Of a DNA stretch of 64,000 bases, positions 22,571 to 35,867 are shown one piece after another. Source of the DNA: Phyllobates terribilis (Eukaryota); NCBI RefSeq assembly GCF_046119375.1, contig NW_027362761.1:311426001-311490000 (forward strand). Direction: 5' to 3'. A program made the position numbers and the translations under genes. The notes beneath the pieces were generated by a model. It was not told where the DNA came from and did not search any database. It saw only the letters and a list, made by a program, of their open reading frames with translations. How positions within the stretch are numbered: position 1 is the first letter of the stretch; each line of letters opens with the position of its first letter.

Positions 22571-23572
22571 CTATTGTCCCAGGAAACCTGAGAATAAAAG
22601 TTCCTCATTCAATCCAAAGGGAGCTACTGAATGTAATTCATAGATCCACTGTGACTCTATTTGCAACATTCTCCTAGTCACATTGTCCCCTCTACCCAAT
22701 CCAAGTATTTTCTGGAGACCCACTACATGTGTATCATTAAGTCGGCCCTGATGGTGTTCAAGATAGTGGGAGGCCACTGATGTAAGTGATTTCCCCTTCT
22801 TAAAATCAGCGGCTGCCAAATTGATGGTGGAAAAATGCTTTTGTATCCGTTTCCTCAACTCCTGTGAGGTTTGTCCCACATGATGACAGGGGCAAATAAT
22901 GGCGTAAATTACATTTTTCGTTTTACAATTGATGTAACTCCGGATGTCATACATTTTCTTATCCAGAGGATTAATGAATTTGTCCCGAGTGGGGTGCATA
23001 TATTGACATATATTGCAATCCCCACAAGGGAAAGAGCCATTTAATAAAATGCCCCTGTTCAGTTTGCGTGTGGGTCTCTGAAAATGACTTCTGGTCAATA
23101 TATATCTAAGATTGGGTGCCCTTCTTGCTGTCAATAGAGGGCGATCTGTTATGACTGACGATGTTTGTCGGTCCATTGTTAATACGCCCCAACGTTTGTC
23201 AAGAATGCTCCTCACCTCTTCCCATTGATCCATATAATTGGTAATGAACCGTAAATCCGTATTCTGATGTCTCTTGTTGGGGATGAGGAGAGTCTCCTGT
23301 GTTTGGGATTTAGCCCGCTGGTAGGCTCTGGAGATCACCTTCCTCGGATAGCCCCTGTTTATGAGGTGATGTGTAAGATCCTGGGCTTGGTTGCGAAAGT
23401 CTTCATCCCGAGAGCAATTGCGTCTGGTTCTCAAAAATTGTCCAACGGGAACCCCTCGTCTAGTATGTAATGGATGAAAGCTTGAAAATAGAGGAAGGTT
23501 CTTGGTAGCCGTCAGCTTGCGATATAAATCCGTCGGAATCCGATCGCCATGTAACGATATTCTGAGATCCAA
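22571..23572 (-). pseudogene. Penelope-like element, 5'-truncated (RT thumb, Zn-linker, GIY-YIG endonuclease)
   Basis: DLYRK..HP..GQFLR.RRNCS, PCGDCNIC, NVIYAIICPCHHVGQT..LRKRI.KH, ESQWIYEL..P.GLNE. Confidence 0.9.
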
Positions 23573-23619
23573 GAAAATTGCTGAGGTGGCTGGGGTAGAG
23601 TGAGTCAGAAAAGTGTTAA

Positions 23620-24680
23620 GTGCATTTGACCAAAATTTGGAAAAATTTTAAAATTTTCATTTTTATGCCCTTAAGCAAGAGAGTTATGTCACATACAATA
23701 GTTAATAAATAACATTTCCCACATGTCTACTATACAACAGCACAATTTTTTAAACATATTTTTTTTTGGTAGGAAGTTAGAAGGGTTAGAAGTTGACCAG
23801 TGATTTCTAATTTTTCCAACAAAATTTACAAAACCATTTTTTGTAGGGACCACATCACATTTGAAGTGACTTTGAGGGGCCTATTTGACAGAAAATACCC
23901 AATAATGACACCATTCTAAAAACTGCACCCCTCAATGTTATCAAAACCACATTCAAGAAGTTTATTAACCCTTCAAGTGCTTCACAATATTTAATGGAAT
24001 GTGGAAGGAAAAAATTAACATTTAACTTTTTTTCACAAACATTTTAGACCCACATTTTTTTATTTTCACAAGTGTAACAGGAGAAAATGGACCCAAAATA
24101 TGTTGTGCAATTTCTCCTGAGCACGCCGAAACCCCATATGTGGGGGAAAACTACTGTTGGGGCACACAGCAGGGATCAAAAGGGAAGGAGTGGTATTGGA
24201 TTTCATGAATGCAAAATTGGCTGCAATCGAGAGTGGACACTATGTTGCATTTGGAGAGCCCCTGATGTGCCTAAACAGTGGAAATCCCCCACACGTGACC
24301 CCATTTTGGAAACTAGATCCCACAAGGAATTTATCATGATGTGTGGGGAGCACCTTGAACCCCCAAGTGCTTCACAGAAAATTATAACGTTGAGTTGTGA
24401 AAATAAAAAATTCACATTTTTTCAACAAAAATGTTCATTTAGCCCCACATTTTTTTACTTTCTCAAAGGTAACAGGAGAAAATGAACCCCAAAATTTGTT
24501 GTGCGATTTCTCCTGAGTACGCTGATACCCCATATGTGGGGGAAAACTATTGTTTGGGCTCACGTTTTGGAATGCAAACTTTGATGAAATGGTTTGAGGG
24601 TGTCATGTCACATTTGGAGAGTATCTGATGTGCCTAAACAGTGGAAACCCCCACAAGTGACCCTATCTTGGAACTGATCA
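23620..24680. mobile_element. Non-coding body of a TTAA/piggyBac-type element with internal duplications
   Basis: Repeated blocks CCAAAAT.TGTTGTGC.ATTTCTCCTGAG...CCCCATATGTGGGGGAAAACTA and GATGTGCCTAAACAGTGGAAA.CCCCAC. Lies on the 3' side of the piggyBac transposase relic. Confidence 0.5.
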
Positions 24681-24784
24681 AGTGTTTCCTGGTATGTGAC
24701 TTTAATAATGTAGTGAATATGAATAGCGGTACCAGAGCGCCAATAACAGGGCAAAAATATTAAAAGGACTGATTTATTAATATA

Positions 24785-24828
24785 CACACAACGCATTTCG
24801 GTGGACACAGCCACCTTCATCAGGTGTG
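24785..24828 (-). ncRNA. Minimal type-I hammerhead ribozyme, best preserved copy
   Basis: Minus strand CACAC-CTGATGA-A-GGTGG-ctgtgt-CCACC-GAAA-TGCG-TT-GTGTG: perfect 5-bp stems I and II, intact core. Confidence 0.75.
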
Positions 24829-25126
24829 ACAAGCAGCAAACAATTGATCCTTATATACATTTGACTAGGTATGCAATTACTTAAAAGGGGCGGGGCCAGA
24901 TACAGAGTAATACCTCTATATTAACCCCTTGAGTTCATATATGCTCAATAAAGTAAAAAGGATTGTTATAAATTAATGCCTAATGAAGCATATAGGGCTC
25001 TTATAAAAAGGATTCGCTGTATAAAAACTTGTGAATCCTATAATCATAAATAATAATTTTTACATACAACATAAAACAATGTATAAATATAAAGTTATAA
25101 AATTACAATCAGTTTAATAATGTAGT

Positions 25127-25271
25127 GGCATACGTGAGATGTGTAGTGTGCATCAGTTTAGCTTACTTGAGGTGTGTAGTGTACATCAGGTTGGCATACG
25201 TGAGTTGTGTAGTGTATGTCAGATTGGCACACGTGAGTTTTGTAGTGTATGCCAGGTTGGCATTCATGAGT
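25127..25271. repeat. ~33-bp minisatellite, about 4.5 copies
   Basis: Unit about GGCATACGTGAGTTGTGTAGTGTATGTCAGGTT. Confidence 0.8.
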
Positions 25272-25273
25272 TA

Positions 25274-26854
<1,581 letters not shown>

Positions 26855-26874
26855 TATATAAGTCAGAAATTAAT

Positions 26875-27770
26875 TTAGTAGTCCATGGATGTGTGGTACA
26901 GTTTGAAGCATTCTTTTATACACAGGCCAGGATTTTGGGAGGCAGATGTTGCTTTGATAAGTGGTGTCCTTGTGTATCCCCCTTTTGTAACACACTCGGC
27001 ACCACTTATGCAAATTTCCTTTATTTGTGGTTTGAGGGACCTCCCTGAGGAAATGTTGGCCTGGTACAATATGACTTCATGACTTACAAAGTTAGGGCCT
27101 TGATCACTACCTCCTGGAACTGAAGGTGCGACGTACCGGTCTGGCCTGCACATTTTGATAGCACGAAAGCATTGTACATTGCCATCTGTACGATGTGCAC
27201 GGCCAGCATCTTGTATCACACCTTGACTTTTCTCATGGCACTGAACGGCTGAAGGACTTGATCAAAGAGATCAACTCCCCACATTTTCTTGTTGTACCCC
27301 AGTATACTGTCTGGTTTGGTGACCTGTGTACCTCGTACATTGGTGAGGGCGCTTCCATTACCATGTGCGGTGGTCAAGTAAAGGACATCCCTCTTGCCCT
27401 TGTACTTGACCACCAGCATGTTGTCGCTACGTTCGGCGCTGCTCTCACCCTTTCTGAGCAGCTGCCCAATTAGTGTCTTCGGGAAGCCTCTCTGATTTTT
27501 GCGGTCAGAACCACATGCTACAGCAGATTGTACAAAGAGGGACTTGAAGAGTAGAATGCTGGTATAAAAGTTATCTGCATAGAGGTGATAAACTTTAGGT
27601 GCACCAAATCCCACACAATTTTACTACTCACTCCCAGGACAGAGGGACATTCAGGGGGTTCAATCTGGGTGTCCTTCCCTTCATAAACTCTAAACCTGTA
27701 GGTGTACCCTGAGGTACTCTCGCACAGCTTGTAGTGTTTAATTCCACACCTGACGCTCTTACTGGGCAGG
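26875..27770 (-). pseudogene. piggyBac (PGBD4-like) transposase relic, 3' part
   Basis: LPSK..RCGIKHYKLCES, DNFYTS, GVDLFDQ and a degenerate C-terminal Cys-rich region; frameshifted. Confidence 0.88.
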
Positions 27771-28499
27771 TGTAGTGCCAGCGTCTCTGCCTCCTGCCTG
27801 GCAGAGACGCCCACCCCCTTACCGCGGTACAGCGTCCTCCACTCGTCTGTCTGTGTGTGCCCGAGGTGTGTGCACTGCACACAGGTCCCGGGCACTGTGC
27901 TTAGGGCGCACGTGCACATTCCCTGCTTCTTAAAGGGGCCGCACGCACCGTCCTAATATGTTCCTGGCCAGAGGACAGCTAATATTTAAGGTGCTTCCTC
28001 CAAGATGGAGGTGCCTGTGCAATGTTGAAGTTTGTATTAAACTGCCTCTCCAGTCCTCAGGTCCCCGTGCTGCCTGCCATGCCCCCCAGCCTGTCTATCA
28101 GCCGTGCCCGCCAGTCTGTATATCAGCCGTGCCCGCCAGCCTGTCTACCAGCCGTGCCTGCCAGCCTGTCTACCAACCTTGCCCGCCTGTCTGACTTCCA
28201 GCTGTGCCCGCCTGCCGAACTACCATCCATTACCGCCTGTCTTCCAGTGCTGCCAGTCCACCCACTGTGCCTGTCAGCTTCGGCTGTCGGTTCCATGGGA
28301 GTTGCCTGCTCTCGCACGAGGTCGGTCCCAGAGTGGCACCTGGTCCACCTTCCCGGTCCCTCCTTGTTTCACAGAGATAACTAAGCCACCGTGTAGCCAG
28401 GGTCGGTCCAGGTTGGCACTTAGTTACGCCCCTCTGGTCCCTCCTTGTACCATGGCACAGTGGTTCCACCATCCGGATCCGTAACAGTTTACACAGAGC

Positions 28500-29338
28500 A
28501 TGCAACCCGGTGGCTCTCAGGCTCCCTCGCTCTCTGACCTGTACCAAGAGGTCTCCTGCCAGAGATCTCAACAGGATATGATCCTGTCCTATCTGCGGAC
28601 TGTTAACTCCGGCTTGAACGCGCTGTCCATCCCAGCTGTGTCCACCTCTAACTAAGCGGCATCCGCTTCGGCAGGGCCTCAACCCAGTGGCGCTGTGACA
28701 TCCAGCTTAGAACCCCGACTATCTGCTCCACCACGCTTTGGCGGTGAAGCCACTCTATGTCGGGGCTTCATCAACCAGTGCACGCTGCACTTTGAACTCC
28801 TGGCTCATCAGTTCGCTTAAGACCAGGCTAAAGTGGCGTTTATCATGTCGCATCTCACCGGAGAGGCATTGGCGTGGCTCAACCTCCTTTGGGATAGAGG
28901 GGATCCTCTGGTGTCTAGTTTCCAGGCTTTTCTCACGGCCTTCCAGAGGGTTTTCGATGAACCCAGCCACACATCCTTGACTGCCTAATCTCTTCTTTGT
29001 CGACGCCAAGGGAGCCTCACTGTAGGCCAGTACGCTATGTGTTTCCATACCCTCACGTCTGAACTGGCCTGGAACAACGAGGCCATAGTGGCTACCTTTT
29101 GGGAGGACCTTTCTGGACAGATCAAGGATGAACTAGCCGGTCATGACATGCCCACCGCTCTGTACGACCTGGTGTCTTTGGCCTCTTTGATTGACGTCCC
29201 GTTCCAGGAGCGTTCTAAGGAGGTGATCCGTGAGAGAAAATCTCTGCGCTTTGCACCAACCTTCCAAAGGCCAGTCTCTCTACAGGCCTCCACCACGGCT
29301 TCCACCGCTGAAGCTATGCAGCTAGACCAGGTTAAGAT
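28500..29338 (+). pseudogene. gag: RTL1/Sushi-like gag relic of element A
   Basis: PPRFGGEATLCRGFINQC, AKVAFIMSHLTGEALAW, YAMCFHTLTSELAWN, EAMQLD; stops and frameshifts; cut by the hAT TIR at 29339. Confidence 0.85.
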
Positions 29339-30256
29339 TAGAGATGAGCGTTGTTCTACTCGAACTGTTCGCCAATCTCAAATTCGAGCTGTTTTGGGCG
29401 GTGTTCGAGCCGTTCGGCGAACACGAACGATTTGAGAAAAATTCGGCTGTTCGAGGTTATGTTCGATAACTGTTCGTGCACCAAAATCATAACTGGATTT
29501 TTTCTCAGTAATGATGAAAATTAATGTTAATACGCAGTTTGAGTGTACAGCGGGGTGGGGGGAGGGGCAGGGGATGGATCTCTGCAGGAATAATGAAGAT
29601 CTCCATTTTTTTTTCTCTTTCCCGCATTTACAGTGGGGAGGTGCAATCTGTCAGCCTATCAGCAGCGCACACACGGAGCGAAGTGCTTTTTTTCACACAA
29701 GCAAGGGCATGTGTCATTGGCAGTGTATATCACATGTCCTTGCCCTATAAGACCAAGCCATTTTCCCCGTCGCCACCATTTTCTCACTGCTGCAGCTGCG
29801 TGTTAGACGGCACCGCTGTTGCTGTGTGCGCTATACCTTGTTAATTTCAAGCCAATTTTCGCACAAATCTACAGATAGCTTGGGAGTAGGGAATAGTTGT
29901 GATTGCAGTCCTTTTAAGGACTAGGTTACAGCATTTCCTACGACTTTTATCAGGCAGGTCTGTGCTCTTAAATAGATAGGTTGTGGGAGTAAAGACTAAT
30001 TGTAATTGGAGTCCTTTTCAGGACTAGGTTACATCAGTTCCTATCAGTTTTTGCCAGGCAGGTCTGTGCCAGTGCTGTGCAAGTTTTTTTCACAGCATTT
30101 GGCTGAATCTAGCAAAGCTAATCCTTTTTGGCCTATTGCAGAGTGTGTTAGTCAGTGGAGTAGCCTATCTGTGTTGCAAGATATACCACCTGTGTATAGA
30201 ATACCAATTTTTTTACTGCACCTAGTGAAGTAAAATCTTTTGGGCATAGCATCATT

Positions 30257-31633
30257 CTATTAGTCCATCTATACTGACCTCCATCAGGTTGAAAATTGAA
30301 TATAATTTTTTTCTGCATCTAGCTCTGAAAAAATATTTGGCCTTCTAGCAGTGTGTGGGACTTTCTCTATTAGTCCATCTATACTGACCTCCATCAGGTT
30401 GCAAACTGAATATATTTTTTTCTGCATCTAGCTCTGAAAAAATATTGGGCTTGTAGCTGTGTGTGGGACTTGTTCTATTAATCCATCTATACAGACCTCC
30501 ATCAGATTGCAAACTGAATATAATTTTTTTCTGCATCTAGCTCTGAAAAAATATTTGGCCTTCTAGCAGTGTGTGGGACTTTCTCTATTAGTCCATCTAT
30601 ACTGACCTCCATCAGGTTGCAAATTAAAAATAATTTTTATCTGCATCTAGCTCTGAAAAAATATTTGGGCTTCTAGCTGTGTGTGAGACTTGTTCTATTA
30701 CTCCATCTATACTGACCTCCATCAGGTTGCAAATTGAATATAATTTTTTTCTGCATCTAGCTCTGAAAAAATATTGGGCTTCTAGCTGTGTGTGGGACTT
30801 GTTGTATTAGTCCATCTATACTGACCTCCATCAGGTTGCAAACTGAATATATTTTTTTCTGCATCTACCTCTGAATAAATATTGGGCTTCTAGCTGTGTG
30901 TGGGACTTGTTCTATTAATCCATCTATACAGACCTCCATCAGGTTGCAAACTGAATATAATTTTTTTCTGCATCTAGCTCTGAAAAAATATTTGGCCTTC
31001 TAGCAGTGTGTGGGACTTTCTCTATTAGTCCATCTATACTGACCTCCATCAGGTTGCAAACTGAATATAATTTTTTTCTGCATCTAGCTCTGAAAAAATA
31101 TTTGGCCTTCTAGCAGTGTGTGGGACTTTCTCTATTAGTCCATCTATACTGACCTCCATCAGGTTGCAAATTAAAAATAATTTTTATCTGCATCTAGCTC
31201 TGAAAAAATATTTGGGCTTCTAGCTGTGTGTGGGACTTGTTCTATTACTCCATCTATACTGACCTCCATCAGGTTGCAAATTGAATATAATTTTTTTCTG
31301 CATCTAGCTCTGAAAAAATATTGGGCTTCTAGCTGTGTGTGGGACTTGTTGTATTAGTCCATCTATACTGACCTCCATCAGGTTGCAAACTGAATATATT
31401 TTTTTCTGCATCTACCTCTGAAAAAATATTGGGCTTCTAGCTGTGTGTGGGACTTGTTCTATTAATCCATCTATACAGACCTCCATCAGGTTGCAAACTG
31501 AATATAATTTTTTTCTGCATCTAGCTCTGAAAAAATATTTGGCCTTCTAGCAGTGTGTGGGACTTTCTCTATTAGTCCATCTATACTGACCTCCATCAGG
31601 TTGCAAATTGAATATAATTTTTTTCTGCATCTA
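30257..31633. repeat. ~110-bp minisatellite, about 13 copies, inside the hAT
   Basis: CCATCTATAC.GACCTCCATCAGGTTGCAAA recurs every 108-110 bp. Decayed monomers also occur near 40380-40530 and 43920-43980. Confidence 0.95.
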
Positions 31634-31749
31634 ACCCAGCCAATAGTTTTGGCCTAATACCACAGTTTGGCCACTCAGCTCTGCTCGGTTCCCATCCATT
31701 GTTTTTTTGTGCAAACAACTCCAGAGTTGTGAATTAGTTAACCACCAAA

Positions 31750-32648
31750 ATGAGTGGAAAAAGGCCTGCTGCTGGTGGAAAGGGGAATAGGCGTGTTGGG
31801 AAGGGGAAAAAAGGTTGTGTCCGTGGGGTAGGTGTTAAAGCAACAGTAACATCTGCAGAAGAAAGACCATCTTCCAGCCAAACTAAAATGTCTACTTCTT
31901 TTAGCGGACAATGTGATAAGATCCCTTTCTTACGGCCACGCCAATCGCTACAAATTCCAGATGAGGCACAAAAACAGCAGGTGCTTCAACGGATATCAAG
32001 TGCTCCTTTAAGTGGGCTCTCCTCCACATCAACTTCAACATCACAAATACTCCAGTCCTCAAAGGTGTCACCCTAATCGCACTTGCTTCCTCACAGCTCC
32101 CAAATCTCCAGCTGCCCGTCTGAGTATGAGGTAGAACAGATGGTTGAGTCTGCAGAGCTGTTTACTCATACTATAGCCTGGGAATCAGAGGTCAACTCCA
32201 GCGCTTCTGTGAATCCAGACGAGGAAATGATCTGCACTGATGCCCAGAATCTTTATGAGTCGGATCCAGGACCAGACGCAGAAGGTTCTGACCATAATGT
32301 AGACCCTCATTCCCAAACTGTAACTCCTGTTGGTGGAGACAATGAGGAAGACGATGATGAGACTCAAATACCTGATTGGAGCGACAACTTTAGTTTTTTG
32401 TCAGGGCAGGAACAGGTTGGCTCTGAGGACCACGGGTGTGATAACACACAGGGTGATGATGATGAGGTTGGAGATCCCACTTACTGTCAACCCACAGTCA
32501 GCCAAGAGATGAGGTCAGCAGAGGAGGTGGAGGAAGATGCTAGTGACGACGAGGTCAGGTTGCGCCTTCCTGGACAGAGACGTAGTACTGGAAGCACGTC
32601 AACAACTGCATCCTCAAACACAACTCTGCCTCTCACCACAAGTCGTGG
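31750..32648 (+). pseudogene. hAT transposase N-terminal extension (one nonsense codon), interrupted by LTR element
   Basis: ORFs 31750-32076 and 32083+ share a frame. Removing 32649-37518 joins them in frame to 37519-40321 (about 1233 aa in total). Confidence 0.8.
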
Positions 32649-33842
32649 TGTAGCACCCTGAGGATTCGGCTGCTACAGGGGTATTGCACCTCAACCCAGA
32701 GGTGTGATATTCCACTCCCGGGTAAGGATGGAGTGTGGAACTGAGCTCGGTAGGCTGCATGCACTACACACATCCCATTTCCGGGGAGCAGACCGACGGT
32801 ACTCCCACTTGGAAATGTGCAGGTACGACCGAGTCTGTTCCTGGCTGGAGTGGGAGGGGGGTGGTACATCCCAAGTAGTGTAGGGGCAGATAGGGGGAGC
32901 AGCCTGGGTAAAGATAGGAGCTCATTGGGTGCTGGTCACCTGAGCTCACACATAGAGGGTGTATATAAGGTGGGCACCAACTAAGAACAGGGTCAGATGC
33001 AGAGAACAAGTCAGCAAGCAGAGGAGAAGAGAGACCCAGAGTGAGAGAGGAGAAGAGAGACCCAGAGGGGGAAACAGAAAAGAGGACTCCAAGAACCCAA
33101 CTTAAATCCCCGGGTGAAGAGTCGGCACAGGGTACCGGATCCCAAACTGGCGGGGGCAGAAAACACACCCTAGCCAGAGACCGGAGGCCGTGGGCAGCAT
33201 CTGCCACGGCCACCCATCACATCCACCCCGAAGGCACACCACATGAAGGGTCAGGGAACCCAAGGCCAAGGGTGTCCCAACAGAAGGCCCGAGGGAGCTG
33301 GACCTAGGTGGATCACTGGTGGGGACGGCCAGAGAACGGGACAGAAGGAGAGCTCAGGGCCACGCTCCGGACTTGTTTGGGGGTTGGCTGGATCCAGGAC
33401 CTGGTGGACGCAGCACGGCTCGGGTGGTCACTCGAAGCTGGAGTGACCAGTACAACATCTGCAGTAAGTAAACACCCTTAACTGCACAACCCGACTCTGT
33501 CTTCATTGCCGTCTGCACTGCACCACCACAACCCCCATCCTCTGCACCTGTCCCCCCTGAGGCTATACCCCTCCCGTTGGGGGTTATCCCACCAAGCTGC
33601 GCACCCACCATCAGCCTCAGCGGACCCTGCTGCAGCGGCGGCCACAGTGACCGCATCACAACGGGTGGCGTAGTCGACACAAAAGAACTCTTAATAACAT
33701 CTGTAGGACTGCCACATAACACTGAGTTTGACGCCCTGGGCACGGGCCGGGTCACAGCCGCTCGGAGACTACAACCCCCCATCTGATCCGGTGCCGGGTA
33801 TTCCCCTCAAAAAGGAATATGTCCCAGGGGGCGCGTCAACTT

Positions 33843-33860
33843 TGGCGTAGTCGGCAGGAT
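33843..33860 (+). promoter_or_regulatory. Primer binding site, tRNA-Ser(AGA/TGA)
   Basis: TGGCGTAGTCGGCAGGAT is complementary to the tRNA-Ser 3' end ATCCTGCCGACTACGCCA (recalled sequence). Confidence 0.9.
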
Positions 33861-34097
33861 TACGTGCCCGCAACACCCGGGTACTGCGGGCCTGAAGGAA
33901 AGTGCAAGTTTACCTCAAGAAGAAGTCTCCCGCCGGTTCCGGAGGGTCTACGCCATCGGACCCCATCACAGGTCGTTTCCCGCCGATTGTCCGCCATTTC
34001 CAGTTTGTTCCCGCCATCTGCAGAGTTTCCCGCCACTGGGCGACGCTTCCCGCCAAATCCGAAGATTTCCCGCCTTGGAAGAGCAGCGGACGCCATT

Positions 34098-35867
34098 ATG
34101 GGCGTGCCAAAGGAGGGCAAGAGGCCGCCTCCCATCGTGGGCCAGGACAGAAAATGGCGCCAAAAGTGGAAACCGCCCCCACCAACAGAGACTGTGATGC
34201 TAGAGGTGTCTGTCAGCGTGAAAGAACTACCCCTGGAGCTGACAGTCACCGAGTTGCCCCGGGACCGCCCTCAAAGTGGGAGGAGACGAAAGAAAAGAAC
34301 GAAGATGGGTGCCGCCTGGAGCAGTCTGGAGCGAGCGCACCCGGAGGCAGGAAGCCTGGAGAAGAGTAGCAGAGAAGCTCACCCGGAGATGGCGAGAGAG
34401 CAGAGCAGCACCGGCCCGCTGGCCAGGAGCCTGCTGGAAGAAGAGCAGAGCAGCACCGACCCGTTGGTCAGGAGCCTGCTGGAAACCACGACCCCACTAG
34501 GCCTAGTGGAGGTCCTTGCACAGCTCCCCCGAGACCGGGAGTGTGCACAGACTGCCCTGGAGAACCTCGCACAGAGGTTGGCCCGGGTACAGCGAGAGAC
34601 ATTGGCGGAGTGGAGCCGAGAGATGGCCCAGCAAACCAAGACCCGGAGCACGCCAGCCAAGATGAGGAGACAGACCGCCTCTGAGGATGGCGCGGGAGGA
34701 CCCAAGGCCGGAGACGGCGCCGAGAAGGGAGCCGAACGCATGGAGGCAGGTAAAGGGGACGTCTATACCCCAAACCGGGACACCGCTTACCTGCCCCAGC
34801 TCCCCGTCGCAGAGCCCGAAAGTCCCCCTGCTGTGCCCGAAAACGCCATGTCACCGACGCAGACTAGGCCCCAACCGGAAGCCGCCGCCGCGACCCCTGT
34901 GACGTCACGCGCCTCGACCCGGAGCGTGACAAAGCAGGAAATACCACCAGCCTGGTCGCAAGGCCTAGTACCCCCGGGCGCCGCATCACCAACAGCGCCC
35001 CCTACCTCCGCGGAGCCTCCGGCCTGGCCGCAAGGCCAGGTAGCCCAGGGCGCCGCCGTCCTAACGGTGCCCTTCACCTTCCAGGTGCCCCAGGCCTGGC
35101 CGCAAGGCCTGGGCAACCCGGGCGCCACCACCACCGCGCCCGCACCCGTAAAACCAAGGGTGCCGCGTCTGGGAGAGGACTTGTTTGCCCAGCACACGTG
35201 GCCGGACGGGCAGCCTTTCATCTGGCCCCAGAGGTATTATGAACTGGAGCACCAGAGGAGAGTTGGGGCCATGTGTGCACCCCTGATTCCGGCTCCGAAG
35301 CCCGTGAGAAGGATCTCGCCCCCGCTTGAAGAGGCCCAATTTGAGTGGGACCCCACCGGAGAAGACCTAATGGGGTTCACTCAGGAAACCAGGGCAGCTG
35401 CAGCGGAGCGTGCTGAGTGTTGCCGACAGCAGCTCGAAGAGTTTGCGAGGGAGCGGAGAGAGAGGCGGGTCCGGGAACAGCAGGCCCAAGTACGGAGTGC
35501 CGAGCAGAAGAGCCGGACCAGGAGGGACCCCCGTGCAGCGCATTGTCCCCGCACCATCGGGACAGTGATCAAGTTCAACCAGCAGCATGGGTGGGGCTTC
35601 ATCCGAGACAACAACACCCCCGGCGACGTCTTTGTCACGCGCAGAGACGTGGAGTCCCATCTGCCGGAGGGGCACAGAGGTCGTGACCTCTACATCGGAG
35701 ACGAGGTCACCTTCACCCGGCACAAGTGTGCCAAAGGACCTTACGCCCTCCACGTACACCGCCTGACGGAGGAGGAGTTGCGGTGCGAGGAGGAGGAGCA
35801 AGAGGACCCGGACGGGTCTGAAGTTACAACCAGCTACAAGCAAAGAGCAGGAGGAAGACGCCGTTGA
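34098..35867 (+). CDS. ~589-aa protein: low-complexity N-terminus, coiled coil, C-terminal cold-shock (CSD/OB-fold) domain, acidic tail
   Basis: CSD at about 35553-35765: GTVIKFNQQHGWGFI..DVFVT..GDEVTFT..AKGPYALHV. The frame is open from 33819; ATG 34098 (CGCCATTATG) was chosen by colinearity with the 5347 homolog. Confidence 0.88.
   Translation: MGVPKEGKRPPPIVGQDRKWRQKWKPPPPTETVMLEVSVSVKELPLELTVTELPRDRPQSGRRRKKRTKMGAAWSSLERAHPEAGSLEKSSREAHPEMAREQSSTGPLARSLLEEEQSSTDPLVRSLLETTTPLGLVEVLAQLPRDRECAQTALENLAQRLARVQRETLAEWSREMAQQTKTRSTPAKMRRQTASEDGAGGPKAGDGAEKGAERMEAGKGDVYTPNRDTAYLPQLPVAEPESPPAVPENAMSPTQTRPQPEAAAATPVTSRASTRSVTKQEIPPAWSQGLVPPGAASPTAPPTSAEPPAWPQGQVAQGAAVLTVPFTFQVPQAWPQGLGNPGATTTAPAPVKPRVPRLGEDLFAQHTWPDGQPFIWPQRYYELEHQRRVGAMCAPLIPAPKPVRRISPPLEEAQFEWDPTGEDLMGFTQETRAAAAERAECCRQQLEEFARERRERRVREQQAQVRSAEQKSRTRRDPRAAHCPRTIGTVIKFNQQHGWGFIRDNNTPGDVFVTRRDVESHLPEGHRGRDLYIGDEVTFTRHKCAKGPYALHVHRLTEEELRCEEEEQEDPDGSEVTTSYKQRAGGRRR

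Noticed and set aside
30257-31633. Regular repeat array resembling CRISPR
   Set aside because: No unique spacers, eukaryotic context, no cas genes; same for the 133-bp array.
33819-34097. Upstream start of the 682-aa CSD ORF
   Set aside because: Starts inside U5 and crosses the PBS and TTCCCGCC array; the homolog supports ATG 34098. Upstream initiation is not strictly excluded.
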